Shown here: piece by piece, positions 1-9,326 of the stretch | Numbering within the stretch: position 1 is the stretch's first letter | How the letters are laid out: every line of letters begins with the position of its first letter | Sequence record: MW879340.1 | Strand: one strand, 5' to 3' | Length of the DNA stretch: 64,000 nucleotides | The notes under the pieces: generated by a model | What the model saw: only the letters and a program-made list of their open reading frames with translations | What the model was told of the DNA's origin: nothing | Database searches by the model: none | Translations under genes and position numbers: made by a program

Positions 1-29
1 CGTCGTGGCCGTAAGTTTAAGGGGTAATT

Positions 30-368
30 ATGCAGACCAACGAATTGATTGAAGCATGTTTGTCGGATATTACCGACTACATGAAAGAGGACAGGGATCG
101 TGAAGCGTCAAGACGTTTGATGGTGTTCATTGAAGAACGTTTCAAAGAACGCGACCTCTTGACCGTCAATGCGTTTCTGACTCGTTGTCGTGAAGACAAG
201 GGACTAGCACTCACGCCACGTCACAAGGTTACTGTTCTGCGTACTTGCTTGCGCTTTCGTCGTGACCTTAGCGAATACAGTCCGCTCCTGCGTGTATGGC
301 GTCAAGAGTTGGATGATGCCGGGATGTCACGTATGCTAGTGGGGATTGGTCATGGCCGAGAATCTTGA
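30..368 (+). CDS. hypothetical protein
   Basis: 112-aa ORF, AGGGG RBS-like sequence upstream, tiles with next gene. Confidence 0.8.
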   Translation: MQTNELIEACLSDITDYMKEDRDREASRRLMVFIEERFKERDLLTVNAFLTRCREDKGLALTPRHKVTVLRTCLRFRRDLSEYSPLLRVWRQELDDAGMSRMLVGIGHGRES

Positions 369-762
369 ACAGGTAGAAGGGGAACTCATTCCTGACCTGC
401 CCGCACACCGTGTCGATATAGTTGCAGATGGACTGCATGCGTACTTTAAAGTGCTTTATTTAAAATCGTACGTTGGCCAGTTTGTTACCGACCGTTGGTA
501 CGGTGTCTTCTATACTTTCCGTGGCGGGATGTTCATAACTGAGCTGACCGATGCGACTGATGAAGCAACAGCTTATCGTCATACTCGTCTAGTAGTGAAC
601 GAGTATAGACCCGGTGAGATTGTTTCTTCTTACGTTTTTAAATGCCTGGCCGCTGGTGAATACGAACACGTTATCCAGTGGGCGCCGACCGCAGTAACCA
701 TACCCGTAGTGATGGACCTGAGTAATAACCGACACACCCTTACTACCAAAACTATCCATTAA
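352..762 (+). CDS. hypothetical protein
   Basis: ATG 352 after GGGGA; overlaps the previous stop. Confidence 0.75.
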   Translation: MAENLEQVEGELIPDLPAHRVDIVADGLHAYFKVLYLKSYVGQFVTDRWYGVFYTFRGGMFITELTDATDEATAYRHTRLVVNEYRPGEIVSSYVFKCLAAGEYEHVIQWAPTAVTIPVVMDLSNNRHTLTTKTIH

Positions 763-767
763 AAGGA

Positions 768-1511
768 ATGACCCGTATGAGCAATAGTCCAAGTGATTCA
801 TTTATAATGTCCCTCAAGCATTTATTCCCAAAACCTGTTAGCGTTATAACCCCACGGGGTTTGGGTAAAACCGGTAGTCTTCAATTGAGCTTAGAGGATA
901 TTGAGGAATCACGCAAACGCATAGAGCGTGACTACCGTATCGTTAACGCCCCGTCGTTTGAAGTCATCAAGGGCCGGCCATGGTTAGCACATGAAGGCTT
1001 CCGTAACGACTGCATCCGCTGGAATGGGTTAAGCGGTGAATACGAATGGGTGCATCCGTTTGCAATGCCAGTCACTCGTCACATCGGTCGTAGCTGGTTA
1101 TGGGAGACCATGTTTGGTACCCCACGCGGTAACATCTGGGATCGTTTTGTTCGCACATGGAGTCCGGTGTTTATTAGAATGGGTCGTCGCTTGCGTCCGA
1201 TTGAATCCTACTGGTCAATGGACTGGTTGTTGAACGTGATGGTGCCGCGTATCAATCAGTACGATCCTGTGGACTACGTGAAGTACTGTGAAGACCACCT
1301 GAAGTATAACCCGATTCGTAAATCCAAATGGGAAGAAGAATTCGGCATGTATAAGTCGCATTCCGCGTTTTACGACACGATACCAATGTGGTGGACCACT
1401 TCTATTCGCGATCCGTTCAAGAACGACCCGTACGGTATCGATGCTAACTGCAAAGCCATCCTGGCTGAAATGTTCCCGGTTAAATACCAGGCACCTAAAA
1501 GGATTTTCTGA
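768..1511 (+). CDS. hypothetical protein (Trp-rich)
   Basis: 247-aa ORF, AAGGA upstream; start could be ATG 777. Confidence 0.8.
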   Translation: MTRMSNSPSDSFIMSLKHLFPKPVSVITPRGLGKTGSLQLSLEDIEESRKRIERDYRIVNAPSFEVIKGRPWLAHEGFRNDCIRWNGLSGEYEWVHPFAMPVTRHIGRSWLWETMFGTPRGNIWDRFVRTWSPVFIRMGRRLRPIESYWSMDWLLNVMVPRINQYDPVDYVKYCEDHLKYNPIRKSKWEEEFGMYKSHSAFYDTIPMWWTTSIRDPFKNDPYGIDANCKAILAEMFPVKYQAPKRIF

Positions 1512-2188
1512 TGGCAATGAATCACGATTACTACACCCTGGTCCACAACTACGTCTTGAAGAAAGGGATGGACCGGGTAGACGCTGAGGATATTGCCACC
1601 TCCTTAGCAGTGTTGATCCCAATGCGTCATGACTTTGGTAAGGCGCCTGATCATCACTGGCCATATAACAGTCATGTGGTTACGTCCATTACCAAGTTGC
1701 ACCAGGGTAAAGACTACAAACGCATCGTGCCTTATGACCTGGATATCCCAGTGATTAAACTCGATTCCTTTGACGACTTACCGCAAGCCACCACGTACGG
1801 TCAACGTTACTATATTCGTCGTAGCAACACTTGGCTGGAAACTAAACCTAATGGTACCACAGAAGTTATTGATCACGTGATGACCATTGAGGTCGATGAG
1901 CCGTTGTTTGTGGATAAGCTCCTGCTGGACCGTTTGCGTGAAGGCATGGCGCAACGCGGTATTACGCTGGAAATCTGGAAGAAAGATGACAGTCATCCAA
2001 ATAACGTGCTGGGCTTAGCTCAGCTACGTGCCTTTATGGCTGGAGAGAGTGATCGGTTGATCACCGCTGAACTCAAAGAACAACGCGCCGCTGACCAGGG
2101 TTGCTGGTCAAAACCAACGGACCGTATCAAGTTTCGTGATCGTCCGACTAATCGTTTAACTCGTATGCGTAACAGAAAAAGAGGTTAA
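1511..2188 (+). CDS. hypothetical protein, basic C-terminal tail
   Basis: TGATG stop/start coupling with the previous gene. Confidence 0.8.
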   Translation: MAMNHDYYTLVHNYVLKKGMDRVDAEDIATSLAVLIPMRHDFGKAPDHHWPYNSHVVTSITKLHQGKDYKRIVPYDLDIPVIKLDSFDDLPQATTYGQRYYIRRSNTWLETKPNGTTEVIDHVMTIEVDEPLFVDKLLLDRLREGMAQRGITLEIWKKDDSHPNNVLGLAQLRAFMAGESDRLITAELKEQRAADQGCWSKPTDRIKFRDRPTNRLTRMRNRKRG

Positions 2189-2189
2189 C

Positions 2190-3266
2190 ATGTCACATCC
2201 AGGACCACGCGGCCCAATAGCCATGTCAAGTTCATTTGTTGATAGTTTCCGTAATGACGAAAGCATCAGCAACCTGCTGGGTCAAGACGGCGTACTCAAA
2301 CTGATCTTGATCAACTACGGCACTAAAGGCGATTCGATTGCTATCGATGATTTGCTGACCGCCTCAGCAAACTGCTCTAAGCTGGAGTTTATGGCGGTTA
2401 ATGCTCGCGACCTCACTCCTGAACGTATGCGCCAATACCACGAAGAACAGTGGGGGTTTGTTATCAATACCGAAAACTGTGGTTATAGCGGCAGCGCGTG
2501 CTTGTATGACTGCAACGGTCAGCATTATGGCTGGCGTGGCGGACCCGGTGACAGAGGGTTCAGCGGATTCCCTATCCAGACTACGGTTATTTATCAGGAC
2601 TGCATGATTGGTTCTCGTGTTGTTATTAACCGTGAAGAAGGTTCGGCCACTGAGTTCCTGGATCAGGTCATGACCATTGGTGCGTACTTCGATCGACCTG
2701 ATGAGATTCACATTGTCTTCCCAGATGACGCAAAACTGGTAGCGGGTACGTATGCGCTGCGTGATATGGTTGAAGCCATCTTCGATGGCGAGGTCAAGCT
2801 GGTAAGTTATCTTGAAACGCTGCTGACTAACCAGATTAGCGATAAGCGCATTAAGTACATTGCGGTATCGATGGCACGTCGTGGTCACATGTACGACTAT
2901 GAATGTAACCAGCATCGCCCTATCGATCGTGTTGGTCAGCGCTACATGTGGTCTGCGGATCCTGCTAAACTGGCAGCTTTCCACAAACAAGCCATGAACC
3001 GTTTGAATCGTGAAAGTTTGTCTGGTGGCTTCCGTCGTGGTGAAATACATGTTCTCGGTGCGACCACACCACCATCACGTTCACGTATCATCCCTGTCAT
3101 GGATGAGCCGGCTCACATCGGCGGTGTTCGTACCTTGACCATCCCGCAATACGGGTCTGACTGGTCTATACTGACCACACCGGTTAGTAAACGTCCTAAG
3201 GGTCCGATTACGATGCCTGGTTTGGGTGAACGTAAGAAGAAAGGCAAACACCGCTCAAAGCGTTAA
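2190..3266 (+). CDS. hypothetical protein with a short DnaB-like segment (GGFRRGEIHVLGA) and basic tail
   Basis: 358-aa ORF, GAGG RBS; segment resembles the window's own helicase. Confidence 0.8.
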   Translation: MSHPGPRGPIAMSSSFVDSFRNDESISNLLGQDGVLKLILINYGTKGDSIAIDDLLTASANCSKLEFMAVNARDLTPERMRQYHEEQWGFVINTENCGYSGSACLYDCNGQHYGWRGGPGDRGFSGFPIQTTVIYQDCMIGSRVVINREEGSATEFLDQVMTIGAYFDRPDEIHIVFPDDAKLVAGTYALRDMVEAIFDGEVKLVSYLETLLTNQISDKRIKYIAVSMARRGHMYDYECNQHRPIDRVGQRYMWSADPAKLAAFHKQAMNRLNRESLSGGFRRGEIHVLGATTPPSRSRIIPVMDEPAHIGGVRTLTIPQYGSDWSILTTPVSKRPKGPITMPGLGERKKKGKHRSKR

Positions 3267-3275
3267 GGAGTTGAC

Positions 3276-3617
3276 ATGTCGGATGTTGTTATCGTATCAA
3301 AACAATTGCTCGAACGTTTGTTAGAAACGGTTGAGTGTAACGATCCACGCAACGAATACCTGAATGCGGTACGTTCAGAGATCGCCAAGAATGAACACTT
3401 GCGTGAAACGGCTGATGACGTAATGCACAAGTTCCACATGGAATCAGGCAGTGCGTCGTATCATGAACTGGATCGTAAAAACAAGAAGTGGCTGATCATG
3501 GGTGAGTTTGGACTTGACCCGTTGAAAGTCATGGTAATGTATTTGGCTAACCCTCCCGCTGACAACCAAGGTATGCTCGTGCCATGGGACAACCTGAAGG
3601 ACTTCAATGATGACTAA
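3276..3617 (+). CDS. hypothetical protein
   Basis: AAGGAG RBS. Confidence 0.8.
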   Translation: MSDVVIVSKQLLERLLETVECNDPRNEYLNAVRSEIAKNEHLRETADDVMHKFHMESGSASYHELDRKNKKWLIMGEFGLDPLKVMVMYLANPPADNQGMLVPWDNLKDFNDD

Positions 3618-3861
3618 ACAAGAGATTGCATACATCGCAATCGGCTTGCTATTAACGGCATCAGCGTCAGCTAAGGCTGATACGGTTAACGTTAATCAGT
3701 GCACAACCAATAACAAAGATTCGGTTATTGTGACTCAGTGTTCTGATGGCACCGTAACCGTAGTTAATGCCGCCGTCAATACCGTATTGATCTGTCACAC
3801 TAAAGACGCCGGGCATGTACCGGTGTGTGGCCAGTATAAATTAACAGGGGTCGACAAGTGA
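3607..3861 (+). CDS. small exported protein (signal peptide, 4 Cys)
   Basis: K, hydrophobic core, then ASA-KA-D cleavage-type pattern. Confidence 0.7.
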   Translation: MMTKQEIAYIAIGLLLTASASAKADTVNVNQCTTNNKDSVIVTQCSDGTVTVVNAAVNTVLICHTKDAGHVPVCGQYKLTGVDK

Positions 3862-4502
3862 GCAAACATAAACGTCGTAAAGCAGCGCAACGTAAACAAC
3901 ACAACGTCACGGCTAAAGACCGTGCACGTGAATGGCAGGAGCGTTTGCTTAAATCGCGCACACAAGCTGAGGTTGAACGCGCACTACGTGCTGCTGAAAC
4001 CAAAGAGGTTAAGATCAGCGAACCGCTTCCGCCTACTGACCCACTGTCAATGTTACTTGACGGTGTGCTTGATGGTGGTCGTGTGCGATCTGCCAGTCAG
4101 TTACTTCCCGGCCTTTATAATCCAGACGGTACGTTAGATCTTCTCAAGATTGCGACTCGCTTCCAAAGTCTGGGCGGGGTTTCGTTTATCGACACTGAAG
4201 GTTCGTTGTTCGGTCATTCTGAAACAACGCGTGATAAGGATGGGGTTTGGACAACCGTGTGCGAGCCAGGTATGCAGATGGCGCGTAAAGACATTAAGGT
4301 CGGTAACCCTAACGACAAACACACCGAACAGTGTATGGCGCGCCATATGGCTCGTGTGAACGAGGCTGGCGAAGCTCAGACTAAGTTGCTGGAAGCCGGA
4401 GAAGAAGCGTTAGCGTGTTATCTGCTGCCAGTGCTGATGGTGTGTACTTGTGACCAAGTCGATGAACCGGAGAACGAAGATGACGCCAGCCGAATACAGT
4501 AA
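3858..4502 (+). CDS. hypothetical protein, basic N-terminus, FIDTEGS motif
   Basis: GTGA overlap with the previous stop. Confidence 0.75.
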   Translation: MSKHKRRKAAQRKQHNVTAKDRAREWQERLLKSRTQAEVERALRAAETKEVKISEPLPPTDPLSMLLDGVLDGGRVRSASQLLPGLYNPDGTLDLLKIATRFQSLGGVSFIDTEGSLFGHSETTRDKDGVWTTVCEPGMQMARKDIKVGNPNDKHTEQCMARHMARVNEAGEAQTKLLEAGEEALACYLLPVLMVCTCDQVDEPENEDDASRIQ

Positions 4503-4689
4503 GCAGTTTGAACAACGTAACAAAGAGCGCTGGGTCGGAATGACCTGCCCAGTGATTCAGGTTGCTGAAGGGGTCGATGTTGAGAAGCTGTTGCGGGAAG
4601 CTAAGAAACCGATCATGGTTTGCAAACTGACCATCAACGGTATCGATCATGCAACTGTAGATCATCACATGGGGCCGCATACCTCATGA
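4480..4689 (+). CDS. hypothetical protein
   Basis: GGAGA RBS before ATG 4480. Confidence 0.65.
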   Translation: MTPAEYSKQFEQRNKERWVGMTCPVIQVAEGVDVEKLLREAKKPIMVCKLTINGIDHATVDHHMGPHTS

Positions 4690-4841
4690 GAAAAGACCAG
4701 TACAAAAAGACGAAGTCATGGGCCTCGTATCGTCGTGCTGAATTGAAAGATGCATACGGTATTATTCGTAACATACTTACCGGTGCGCCGCACAACTATC
4801 GAGTAACTGATGCCGATAAAGAAGAAAAGAAAGGTCAGTAA
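4686..4841 (+). CDS. hypothetical protein (51 aa, MRKDQYKK...)
   Basis: ATGA overlap with the previous stop. Confidence 0.55.
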   Translation: MRKDQYKKTKSWASYRRAELKDAYGIIRNILTGAPHNYRVTDADKEEKKGQ

Positions 4842-5058
4842 AGCTGCGCCGGTAAGGCGTCGACGTAAACGTAGTCGTAAACGCAAGCCTGCGGGTTCCA
4901 CAGACCACGCGCTGAAGTTTATCAACCACTATCAGCCTTTTAAGACAGAACCTTATGAGCCGCCTCGTACGGACGATTATGGGGTGGTGCCTAATCTGTT
5001 TCAACCGATCACTGCGGAAGAACTCGAATTCCAACGTTCTTTACGCAGACGTCGTTAG
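4810..5058 (+). CDS. small highly basic protein
   Basis: 16 of the first 27 residues are K/R; fills the gap to the next gene; RBS weak. Confidence 0.6.
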   Translation: MPIKKKRKVSKAAPVRRRRKRSRKRKPAGSTDHALKFINHYQPFKTEPYEPPRTDDYGVVPNLFQPITAEELEFQRSLRRRR

Positions 5059-5066
5059 GGGAATAC

Positions 5067-5657
5067 ATGAGTCAGCATGATGAAATAGAAAACATTCAGT
5101 TAAAGAACAAGGCGGGGTTCAACTACGCCGGTTTACGTATCGTGATGGGTCACCGTCGTGAAGGTATGGAAATCTGGAACAATGTCGTAGTGCCTTTCGT
5201 TGAGGTTTACTGGGAAGACAAGTTGTTGGGTGACTATAACACACTGCCGGCGGCCATCGTTGGTGCATTCAGTGCAGTGCGTGTTTGCCGTCCAGGGATC
5301 TTTGAACTTGTCGGTGAAGACCGTACCGAGGTGCTGGTTGCATTGTCATCGCTTAGTCCGGTAACCGGTATAGAGGTATCTGCATTCAGTGATACCGAGC
5401 CGATGGAGACGCGTTTTTATCCTAAGAGTGAACGTGTCAATAAAGCCATTCCGGACTGGGATGATCGCCCGCAAGTTATCGTTACGGCATCAATGTCTTC
5501 CATTGACCGCCACAACTTTAATAACGAATCGATCAAGTACCATATCTCGATATCAACTTACGGCACGACATTTACCCACGAAGTAAATGCGCCAGTGTGG
5601 AAGTTACCGGACATCTACGAATTAGTGGATGATCTGGTCATCAAGCACTTCGCTTAA
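5067..5657 (+). CDS. hypothetical protein
   Basis: AGGGGA RBS; followed by a terminator. Confidence 0.8.
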   Translation: MSQHDEIENIQLKNKAGFNYAGLRIVMGHRREGMEIWNNVVVPFVEVYWEDKLLGDYNTLPAAIVGAFSAVRVCRPGIFELVGEDRTEVLVALSSLSPVTGIEVSAFSDTEPMETRFYPKSERVNKAIPDWDDRPQVIVTASMSSIDRHNFNNESIKYHISISTYGTTFTHEVNAPVWKLPDIYELVDDLVIKHFA

Positions 5658-5659
5658 AC

Positions 5660-5689
5660 AAGAGGGCTGCTTACGCGGCCTTCTTTTTT
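5660..5689 (+). terminator. intrinsic terminator
   Basis: AGAGGGCTGC-TTAC-GCGGCCTTCT followed by a T run. Confidence 0.75.
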
Positions 5690-5693
5690 GTTA

Positions 5694-5704
5694 CGATCTT
5701 ATGT
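5694..5704 (+). promoter_or_regulatory. putative late promoter CGATCTTATGT
   Basis: Identical 11-mer at 18222 (+) and 59032-59042 (-); TATG is the reported phiKZ late promoter core. Confidence 0.55.
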
Positions 5705-5725
5705 GATTAGCATAAGAGGTGGTGT

Positions 5726-6376
5726 ATGTTAGAGGCGCTATTAGGAAAACCAAACATCAAGAGTAAGTACTTAGTCGACATTAACTTTGAGGCTGAGTCC
5801 GTTGGCTCCCGACTGATAACTGACAGGGGTACTCTGGGTGTTAATTTAGTACGAAATGTAAGTACCGGTACCCGCACTGATGGCGTTGTTGATGATCCGA
5901 CCTTTGGTAAATGTTACAAGTTTGATGGTGGCACAATCTTTGTCGGCGATAAGAATCCAGCTGTCTGGAATAAACAATATCGAATGGAATTGAAGTTCGT
6001 CAATATCGGCACAAACTCATCTTCCGTAATCTGCTGTGGCGATTACCCTGGGTCAGCTGCGACACATGCCGGTTGGGAATTGTCGCCTAACCAATACCCG
6101 TCTACGTACATGCAGATGTTCATGGTCACACAGCAGAACAGCTACACACGTTTATTGTTACCCGGTACCAATCCAGGCCCAACGGTATTAGAAACCATCA
6201 TTGTTACTCGTGTTGGGTCGACTATTACCATGTCCAACCCACGCACAGGGCAATCGGTTACCTCTACGTTTGATACGGGTAATGATTACCGAATGCATGT
6301 CGGCGGTGTGTACTCTATGAACTACGGCGCAGCGTTCCAGGGTCTGTTGAAATCCTTTACTATCGAGTTAACATAA
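5726..6376 (+). CDS. putative virion accessory protein, LamG/ConA-like domain, MLEALLG N-terminus
   Basis: GAGGTGG RBS; beta-rich pattern (YKFDGG, MHVGG..FQGLLKSF). Confidence 0.65.
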   Translation: MLEALLGKPNIKSKYLVDINFEAESVGSRLITDRGTLGVNLVRNVSTGTRTDGVVDDPTFGKCYKFDGGTIFVGDKNPAVWNKQYRMELKFVNIGTNSSSVICCGDYPGSAATHAGWELSPNQYPSTYMQMFMVTQQNSYTRLLLPGTNPGPTVLETIIVTRVGSTITMSNPRTGQSVTSTFDTGNDYRMHVGGVYSMNYGAAFQGLLKSFTIELT

Positions 6377-6407
6377 AGGGTGGGGCTCTAGCCCCGCTTT
6401 TATGCCG
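6372..6407 (+). terminator. terminator with TTATGCCG tail
   Basis: CATAAAG-GGTGGGGCT..GCCCCGCT-TTTATGCCG. Confidence 0.7.
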
Positions 6408-6454
6408 ACCTAGTATTACTGGACATCTATCGTAAATAAATTGCGTTGTAACAA

Positions 6455-6479
6455 TTTTCACCCCTACATTACTAAGGTG
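6455..6479 (+). promoter_or_regulatory. putative early (virion RNAP) promoter
   Basis: TTTTCA-CCC-CTACATTACTAAGGTG; 4 copies in the window; resembles the phiKZ early TATTAC motif. Confidence 0.7.
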
Positions 6480-6532
6480 AATGCATTCCTGCTCAACCAT
6501 TGAGCTTATCTACACAACGAGGATCCACCCCT

Positions 6533-7231
6533 ATGTATCAGCAGATTAACACCACTCAAATGCCTGTCGTTAAACCGGTTAACGACATCATTATCAATCT
6601 CGTTAACGAAGCTAACGCTTTGATCAAGGAAGTCACCGCGGATTATCAGATCAATTCTGATACTGGTGAAATCGTTGGTAAACGTCTTAAGCCTTCCCTG
6701 GTTGGTGAGCAGCACTACGACCACGGCACCATCGGGTATGTGGCTGCGGGTAATGCGGGTATCGTCACCGCTAACAACTATTTCAAAACCGAGCCGTTTG
6801 CTCAGCGCATCGAAAAGCTGCACTATCTGAGCATCGTCAGCCTGGCTGAAAAGATCGCTAACCTGGAAGATGCGGACAAGCCGGTTACTGAGTACGAACC
6901 TATCGGCGTTGCTTCTACCTTCGATGGTCTGTTCATTGAAGCCCTGGCGGTTGTATTGACCGAACACGGTTTCTATGTTGAGCTGACTTCCACTCCGAAC
7001 TACAACAACCCGAACGGCCCGAAAGAACTGATCGGCGCGTATTCGTTCGAACAATGGTCACGCCCGCTGCCACTGCGCGGCACCCGTGCGGCGTTCGTTG
7101 AGCGCTGGAAACGTGTTCTGAACGGTATCCCTGAGGCGTACTCTCAGGCTTACGGTCTGGCACTGCAACCGGTGAGCAACCAACAACCAGTACAAGAAGT
7201 CGACAATCAGGCCGACGAACAGCAACAGTAA
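6533..7231 (+). CDS. early hypothetical protein, Q-rich C-terminus
   Basis: GAGGA RBS before ATG 6533; first gene after the early promoter. Confidence 0.8.
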   Translation: MYQQINTTQMPVVKPVNDIIINLVNEANALIKEVTADYQINSDTGEIVGKRLKPSLVGEQHYDHGTIGYVAAGNAGIVTANNYFKTEPFAQRIEKLHYLSIVSLAEKIANLEDADKPVTEYEPIGVASTFDGLFIEALAVVLTEHGFYVELTSTPNYNNPNGPKELIGAYSFEQWSRPLPLRGTRAAFVERWKRVLNGIPEAYSQAYGLALQPVSNQQPVQEVDNQADEQQQ

Positions 7232-7250
7232 CTTTTAACAGGGTACGTAC

Positions 7251-7616
7251 ATGAGCGATTATACTCAAGAAATCTACAGAGCGGTTACATGCAAAACGGT
7301 AACCAAGGGCGCCACGATGTTCATTGATGACTTCTGTGATGTCTGGACCATGATTCCGATGCTGAACAGCTTTGGAGAGATGAGTCAATTTCGCCAGTAC
7401 ACTGGTCGCCTTATTGTGACCAGCCGCCCGCTACTCAACGACGCCACGGGCAACTACCTGTATCTGGGTGAGCTCGTGCCGTCGTACCACTTCTCACTGC
7501 GTAACCCGTCGCCGATGATTGCGGGGTTGCAGCATCAGCTCGGTTTTTACATGACCGGGCGTTTGAACAAGGTTCTTAACCGTTACCAAAAGAAACCCGT
7601 ACGTTGTAAAGGATAA
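7251..7616 (+). CDS. hypothetical protein
   Basis: 121-aa ORF in an operon-like array. Confidence 0.75.
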   Translation: MSDYTQEIYRAVTCKTVTKGATMFIDDFCDVWTMIPMLNSFGEMSQFRQYTGRLIVTSRPLLNDATGNYLYLGELVPSYHFSLRNPSPMIAGLQHQLGFYMTGRLNKVLNRYQKKPVRCKG

Positions 7617-7622
7617 CCACCC

Positions 7623-8057
7623 ATGTTGAAAAAGCTCACTGTGCTGGCTGGTCTAATGATCAGCCTTAACGCCTTCTCAGCCGATACCGTGATTAACGGT
7701 AAAGTATGGTCGGTAGAATACAATACCGGCTCAGCGTTCTATTCAGCAATAAAAGGAAAGCAAGAAATCACCATGGAGTGTCTGTTAGGTGACATGACCT
7801 TCGCACTCCATGATGACGAAACCGGTCTGGACTTTAACTCCCGTGATAACCACGTTGGGGTTATTGTCGACGGTGTCATCTACAGCACACCTAAAACGCT
7901 CAAGGAGCGCCGTGCGTTCTATGACACTGTCTTGCATGCTTCTGACAGTATAATGCTTCAGGAAGTCAACAGCGAACGCTCAAAGGCATTCCCGATTAAG
8001 GAACTGCGTCAGCTGTTCCAGTCCATTGAATTCGACCTGTCAGATTGTAAGGAATGA
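7623..8057 (+). CDS. exported protein with signal peptide
   Basis: MLKKLTVLAGLMISLNAFSA-D; AAGGA RBS. Confidence 0.75.
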   Translation: MLKKLTVLAGLMISLNAFSADTVINGKVWSVEYNTGSAFYSAIKGKQEITMECLLGDMTFALHDDETGLDFNSRDNHVGVIVDGVIYSTPKTLKERRAFYDTVLHASDSIMLQEVNSERSKAFPIKELRQLFQSIEFDLSDCKE

Positions 8058-8551
8058 ACATGCGCAATGATCGTGTAATACGAATTGATGACTTGGTTAA
8101 TCGCATGGTTGATCGCAACATGCGACCTAAACTGGTACTCACTGGTTTTTATGCCGACCTGAAGATGTATAATGAATGGGAAAAGAAAAACCAGTTTATT
8201 CCTGTTCAAAGGAATGTGTCTGAAGAATACATGCGCAAACTGCGAGCGTATGGTTATTCGATGTGTGAGGAGCACTTCGAATTATCCTTCACCGATGCAC
8301 TGGGTTCTCAACGTAACATTCGCATCAGTATGTCCTGCGCAATGGATCCCATTTCCAAGAATAGCGGTGATATAGCAATGCCTGAGCAAATAGCCTGTGG
8401 AGTTGAAGATATCGACGGTGGTCACATGTTCGTTGATAACGTACGGGCTATTTTCGACATCACATTAGGTCGCGTGGTCATGGGTAATGGTGACTACATG
8501 CGCTCTAACCTTTCATCGGTTGTTATCCAGGATGACGATAATTTATATTAA
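8054..8551 (+). CDS. hypothetical protein
   Basis: ATGA overlap. Confidence 0.75.
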   Translation: MNMRNDRVIRIDDLVNRMVDRNMRPKLVLTGFYADLKMYNEWEKKNQFIPVQRNVSEEYMRKLRAYGYSMCEEHFELSFTDALGSQRNIRISMSCAMDPISKNSGDIAMPEQIACGVEDIDGGHMFVDNVRAIFDITLGRVVMGNGDYMRSNLSSVVIQDDDNLY

Positions 8552-8568
8552 CCTGTAGGAGCTTTATC

Positions 8569-8889
8569 ATGGAAGCGATCCCTCAAGCACTGATCAGTGA
8601 CGTCTGTCCTGAAGGTGTTCTGGTCTACATTAACAAAGACCATTTCGTTTTAGTCAAAGGTAGTACCAACGGCCGTCCAACAGAAACCGTGCTTGGTGCG
8701 GTATTGCTTTCCACTACGCCTGCTAAAGAAGGCGAGACCAAAGACGCCGTGTCATTCCCGTTGCAGCGTGATCCGAACACTTATCTGTACATCGTCGGTA
8801 ATGAGTTCCCTGACTCACGTTGTTTAGCAATCTGGGATATGATCTTTGATAACCTGGATAAATACTTAGCAATTAAAGGGTACCGCTAA
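8569..8889 (+). CDS. hypothetical protein
   Basis: AGGAG RBS. Confidence 0.8.
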   Translation: MEAIPQALISDVCPEGVLVYINKDHFVLVKGSTNGRPTETVLGAVLLSTTPAKEGETKDAVSFPLQRDPNTYLYIVGNEFPDSRCLAIWDMIFDNLDKYLAIKGYR

Positions 8890-9254
8890 TGCACTTCCAC
8901 ATCAACCGTATAAAAGTTACGGCAAACATCGACGGCTGGGTTAATACCATCGTCATCGAGGACCGCGATGTACTGACGTTACGTGACGTCCACCTCACCC
9001 GCACTGAACATAAAACGATCGACCTTAGCTTTTGTGTCAGTGTCCCAGCGGGTGTGGCTAAAATCGAATTACCGGTAACCCTCAATTGCATGAATGGCAC
9101 ACGGCTTAGCATGGAATTACCGAGCAAGGTGATTGCAATGGTTAACGATAAACGCCATCTGGTCATCCTCAGCAACCCATCTTTTGAACTTATTGATTTG
9201 ACTCCAGCCATAAAGTCAGCAAACATCATTCCAGTGTTTGACGTTGTTGCTTAG
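8889..9254 (+). CDS. hypothetical protein
   Basis: TAATG coupling. Confidence 0.75.
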   Translation: MHFHINRIKVTANIDGWVNTIVIEDRDVLTLRDVHLTRTEHKTIDLSFCVSVPAGVAKIELPVTLNCMNGTRLSMELPSKVIAMVNDKRHLVILSNPSFELIDLTPAIKSANIIPVFDVVA

Positions 9255-9279
9255 CCAGTCAAGTAAATAATAATGATAT

Positions 9280-9312
9280 ACAGCGGGGAAACCACCTCGC
9301 TGTTTTTTTTTT
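9280..9312 (+). terminator. intrinsic terminator
   Basis: ACAGCGGGG-AAACCA-CCTCGCTGT followed by a long T run. Confidence 0.8.
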
Positions 9313-9326
9313 GTTGAGGTGAAGTA

